Source of the DNA: a bacterium
Lineage (GTDB): Bacteria; Zhuqueibacterota; Zhuqueibacteria; Residuimicrobiales; Krinioviventaceae
Direction of reading: 5' to 3'
DNA: 64,000 nucleotides
NCBI GenBank assembly: GCA_963674595.2
Contig: CAXXFV010000023.1
Coordinates: forward strand, 864,001 to 928,000
Every line of letters begins with the position of its first letter. The stretch's first letter is position 1. The notes beneath the pieces are model-generated. The model had not been told where the DNA came from. It ran no database searches and saw only the letters and a list, made by a program, of their open reading frames with translations. Positions 60,482-64,000 of this stretch are shown here, piece by piece. A program made the position numbers and the translations under genes.

Positions 60482-61938
60482 TGTCCCAACCCATTTTTCT
60501 TCAAGAGCTCAAAGGCCTGCCCGCATAGAAACAGGCTCCAAAGCTGCCATCCATAGTTCTTCTTCCCATCGAGAGTTTGTCTTACCATGCGCTCACACTC
60601 TCTGCAATTGAGATACTGTTGAGAAAAAGCAGAGCTGTCAAATATCTCTCCTGTAAGATCGCGGCAGGTGAAATCCAGAAAATAGGGTTTGAGATCAAGC
60701 CTGAGACCCCTCTTTGGCTGTTCCAGGAGATATTCCGGATAAATATCTTTCAGGGCTTCTCGCAACAGCCATTTGCTCTCTCCATCCCTGATCCGGTATT
60801 CATCGGGAAGTGCCAGGAGGGAAGCCATGAGATTCGAATCAGCAAATGGATTCAGATAGCTGACACCGAAACATTCTGAAAAAGAACTGTCGATGTAGGC
60901 CCATGCCTCCCAGACAGTCCAGAGATCATACTGAATTCGCGCCTTCATCGACAGGACATGCAGAGAATCGGCAGGCGCATGATGATCGACTCCCCGTGGC
61001 GGAACCGGGCCCAGAATCCGATCAATCATTTCAGGGGCCGTCACCCGGATTCGCTCCTCATGCCTGGCGGGATCAGAATATTCTTCTCCATACCAACCAT
61101 AACCCCCCAGAACCTCATCAGCTCCCTGCCCGGTTATTATCAGGCTGCTGCCCCTCCGAGAAATATCCCTATCCATCATGAACCTGACCAGGTGTGAAGG
61201 GTGCGCTATGGGAAAACCGATCCCCTCGGATATCAGGGAGCGTCCAACGGCGAACACATCGGCATCATGGAAATCGAAAACCTCCAGGTCCAGGTCAAAT
61301 TCATTCTCCAACTTCCGCACAACTTCAATCTCTGAGCCGGGACCTTCACCTCTAAGGCTGCAGGTGGCTGTTCGCACCGTGGACTGATGCAGCTGAGACG
61401 CCAGCAGCACCAGTGCTGAGGAATCAAGGCCAGCGCTGAGATGAAAGCAGCTGCGATCCAAAGGAATGTCAGCTAACTGGTAGGCGAGAGATGACCTGAG
61501 CCGGGGTACCAGGCTGCACTCACCATCCAAAAGGGCCGGCGTTTCCAGCGAGGAACTGCAATACCTGCCCTTCTCAAGGACAACTGTTTCGCCGTTTCTG
61601 AGACTGAAGATCCCGGCACAGAAAGTATGCCTGGTAAAGGGACACTGCCTCGCCAGGTATTCTCGAAGGTAGAAAGTATCAGGGAGCAGAGCAATGCCCC
61701 GGCGCCCCAACTCCTGAACAAGCTCAAGCCAGGAAGTCGAAGCGGCAAAAAAAATCTCTGACGAATAGTAAAACAGTGGATTCCTTAACAGTGCAGTCCG
61801 CTGCAAAACCAACCGGCCATCCGGCAGTAATTCAATTGAAATGCCGGAATCTCCGGCATACCAGGCCAAGCCGTCCTTTTCAAAATTGGATTCCTCCGGC
61901 TCCCTTTCGCCATACTGATAAAAGAAGTAGGAGTGCAT
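60478..61938 (-). CDS. Asparagine synthase-like protein with degenerate glutaminase domain
   Basis: LSAGLDSS, TGQGADEVLGGY, KWLLR, PKRG; no N-terminal Cys; 4-bp overlap with wbqC. Confidence 0.85.
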   Translation of the reverse strand: MHSYFFYQYGEREPEESNFEKDGLAWYAGDSGISIELLPDGRLVLQRTALLRNPLFYYSSEIFFAASTSWLELVQELGRRGIALLPDTFYLREYLARQCPFTRHTFCAGIFSLRNGETVVLEKGRYCSSSLETPALLDGECSLVPRLRSSLAYQLADIPLDRSCFHLSAGLDSSALVLLASQLHQSTVRTATCSLRGEGPGSEIEVVRKLENEFDLDLEVFDFHDADVFAVGRSLISEGIGFPIAHPSHLVRFMMDRDISRRGSSLIITGQGADEVLGGYGWYGEEYSDPARHEERIRVTAPEMIDRILGPVPPRGVDHHAPADSLHVLSMKARIQYDLWTVWEAWAYIDSSFSECFGVSYLNPFADSNLMASLLALPDEYRIRDGESKWLLREALKDIYPEYLLEQPKRGLRLDLKPYFLDFTCRDLTGEIFDSSAFSQQYLNCRECERMVRQTLDGKKNYGWQLWSLFLCGQAFELLKKNGLGQ

Positions 61939-62243
61939 TGTTACTTCCGAATGATTCGTGACTTCTCGCTGAAGCCAATCGATTTCCGCTTACTGGCTTA
62001 ACTTTGCCTGAATCCAATTATAGAAAAGTTTCATTGATCGTCAACTCGAAAAATCACAGCGCCGAGCAGTCAATTGAGTAGACACCGGCCATCTCAAAAA
62101 GCAGAGCCGGCAAACTCTTGGGGACGCGGATTCCAAAGATTTATCTCTGCCCCACTGTTAACCGTTGGCGTTTCATAATATATTTACCTGAATCAGAGAT
62201 CCTGTCTATGGAGAAACGTTGAAAACCTCAAAGCGAGCGGATT

Positions 62244-63611
62244 ATGTTTGACCAAATAGTCATTCTATCAGGATGGATTCTCAACCTGATAATACTTGCA
62301 GGATACCTGCTTGTCGTCCAGTCTTCCCTGAAGGAAAACCGGTTCCGCCCGCTTCTGGTCTCTTCACTCTTGGCCATCCCGTTGATTTCCCTGCTCACGG
62401 TTCTCCTGTTGTTCCCCTTCGATGCAAAGGTTCTTTTTTTCTCCCTCGTCCTCTCAGTTTTCCTGTTGCTGTTAGCTGGGGTTACCATTCCCTTCGGGAA
62501 GAATCCGGTTCTCAAGATCATCGGCAAGCAGGAAAAACTGGATGAGCGGGACGCGCTGTTTCACAGATTCTATACACTTCATCCCGGCATGCCCGAATTT
62601 GATGAATTCTACGACAGCAATCCTGACCTGAGAAATGACGATAATGAAATCCGCCGGCTGCCCAGGTTTGAAGAGGCTGGAAGCCGTTCCTATCATCCGC
62701 TTTCATCACTCTACCAAAAAGCACTTTTTGACCAGATTGAATTTCTTTCCAGCGGCATTGAAACTCCCCCGGCCAGCCAGGCCCAGGAAGTATCAACCGA
62801 GGAAATCACAAGAAGGCTCAAGGGCTTTTCCCGCTACCTGGGGGCTTCCCTGGTGGGCACTACCAGGCTCAATCCCAACTATATCTATTCCCATGTCGCG
62901 AGAGATGCCGACCACTGGGGAGAACCTATAGCACTTAATCATAAGTACGCCATGGTATTTGCCGTGGAGATGTCCCACAAAATGGTGCGGCATGCCCCCT
63001 GGTCAGAGGTGATCACTGAATCGGCTTTCCAGTATCTTGAAGCAGCCAGGATTGCCACTGCCGTCTCCCGTTATATTCAGCTGCTGGGCTATGATGCCCG
63101 GGCTCATATAGACCAGAACTACCGGGTAATGTGTGTGCCGATCGCGGTTGACGCGGGATTAGGAGAGCTGGGAAGACTGGGATTGCTGATCACTCCCGAA
63201 TTCGGTCCTCGGGTCAGGCTCTCGGTAGTAACAACGGAATTACGACTTCTCCAGGACCAGCCTGTTCACTTCGGGGTTCAGGATTTCTGCGAGATCTGCA
63301 AAAAATGCGCGGTCAACTGTCCTTCCCGATCAATTGATTTCGGTGAAAAAAAGGTTTACAGGGGGGTTGAAAAATGGCAGTCGCGGATGGAGAATTGTTT
63401 CCGTTTCTGGAGACAGCAGGGTTCGGACTGTTCCATATGCCTCAAGGTCTGCCCCTATTCTCATCCGGATTCCCTTCTTCATAACCTTGTCCGCGGAGCG
63501 GTACGGAAAAATCCCCTGGCCCGCCGGCTGGCACTCTGGGGGGATGACCTGTTTTACGGAAGAAAGCCGAAAACCGTATATTCCCAGGAGGAATGGCACA
63601 AGCGGGTTTAA
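62244..63611 (+). CDS. Membrane-anchored reductive dehalogenase-domain (cobalamin, 2x Fe-S) protein
   Basis: Three N-terminal TM; AGLGELGRLG..ITPEFGPRVR; FCEICKKCAVNCP; CSICLKVCP. Confidence 0.85.
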   Translation: MFDQIVILSGWILNLIILAGYLLVVQSSLKENRFRPLLVSSLLAIPLISLLTVLLLFPFDAKVLFFSLVLSVFLLLLAGVTIPFGKNPVLKIIGKQEKLDERDALFHRFYTLHPGMPEFDEFYDSNPDLRNDDNEIRRLPRFEEAGSRSYHPLSSLYQKALFDQIEFLSSGIETPPASQAQEVSTEEITRRLKGFSRYLGASLVGTTRLNPNYIYSHVARDADHWGEPIALNHKYAMVFAVEMSHKMVRHAPWSEVITESAFQYLEAARIATAVSRYIQLLGYDARAHIDQNYRVMCVPIAVDAGLGELGRLGLLITPEFGPRVRLSVVTTELRLLQDQPVHFGVQDFCEICKKCAVNCPSRSIDFGEKKVYRGVEKWQSRMENCFRFWRQQGSDCSICLKVCPYSHPDSLLHNLVRGAVRKNPLARRLALWGDDLFYGRKPKTVYSQEEWHKRV

Positions 63612-63697
63612 CAACTTTTTGATTTTTTAAACCTGCTGGTTCCAATAAAATTGCTGCATTATTGACAATCAAACCTTTATAGGCGCAGGGTATTAAT

Positions 63698-64000
63698 TTG
63701 AAACTGCCAAAAAACAAGCTGCAAATGCTCTCCAGCTGGTGGGAGGGTTATTCCGCCTACGATGCCGACTCTTGCAGAACCAGCCTCACAGGTCCTGTCG
63801 GCGTTCAGATTCAGACTATCAATCAATGCAACGGGACCTGTATTATGTGCCCTTATTCCACATCAGCTCCCAGCCAGACAAAGACTCAAATGGATGATCG
63901 TCTTTTCATCCATGTTATCAATCAAATAAAAAAAACCGGCTCCGTCAAAACGCTGGCAATGATGCTGCAGAACGAACCCCTGCTTGATTCGGGCCTGGAA
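63698..64000 (+). CDS. Radical SAM protein, partial (runs off the window; not in the ORF track)
   Basis: Open frame from TTG: ...VQIQTINQCNGTCIMCPY...MDDRLF...LQNEPLLD. Confidence 0.85.
   Translation, partial: MKLPKNKLQMLSSWWEGYSAYDADSCRTSLTGPVGVQIQTINQCNGTCIMCPYSTSAPSQTKTQMDDRLFIHVINQIKKTGSVKTLAMMLQNEPLLDSGLE

Noticed and set aside
60478-61938. Lasso peptide cyclase cluster
   Set aside because: No RRE/B2 protease or precursor peptide is visible nearby.

Overview
Bacterial accessory-rich window with one clear core gene (argG). The gene content (wHTH-PD40 regulator, TPR proteins, Tat-exported Gfo/Idh/MocA enzymes, sulfatase, RdhA-like protein) is loosely compatible with an anaerobic Acidobacteriota/Desulfobacterota-like genome; this is inference only. 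Main structures: (1) three tandem phosphodiester-glycosidase paralogs; (2) a comM/YifB gene followed by three more diverged copies of comM 3' sequence (about 9753-10028, 15491-15699, 20050-20122) that split an ~11.5 kb integrase-free cargo region into modules; (3) two inverted copies of an IS200/RAYT-type HUH transposase with palindromic ends around ~17 kb, one with a broken HUH motif; (4) three small enzyme clusters: ATP-grasp + adenylosuccinate-lyase-like + CapA; DUF885 + apparently re-permuted ATP-grasp + methyltransferase; and PaaK-like + His-to-Asn pentein convergent with an Asn-synthase-like gene + WbqC; (5) three different sensor proteins ending in the same Cys/His domain. No rRNA, tRNA, CRISPR array or integrase was recognised. 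All annotations come from motif reading by eye. Several single-base frameshifts look like sequencing error.
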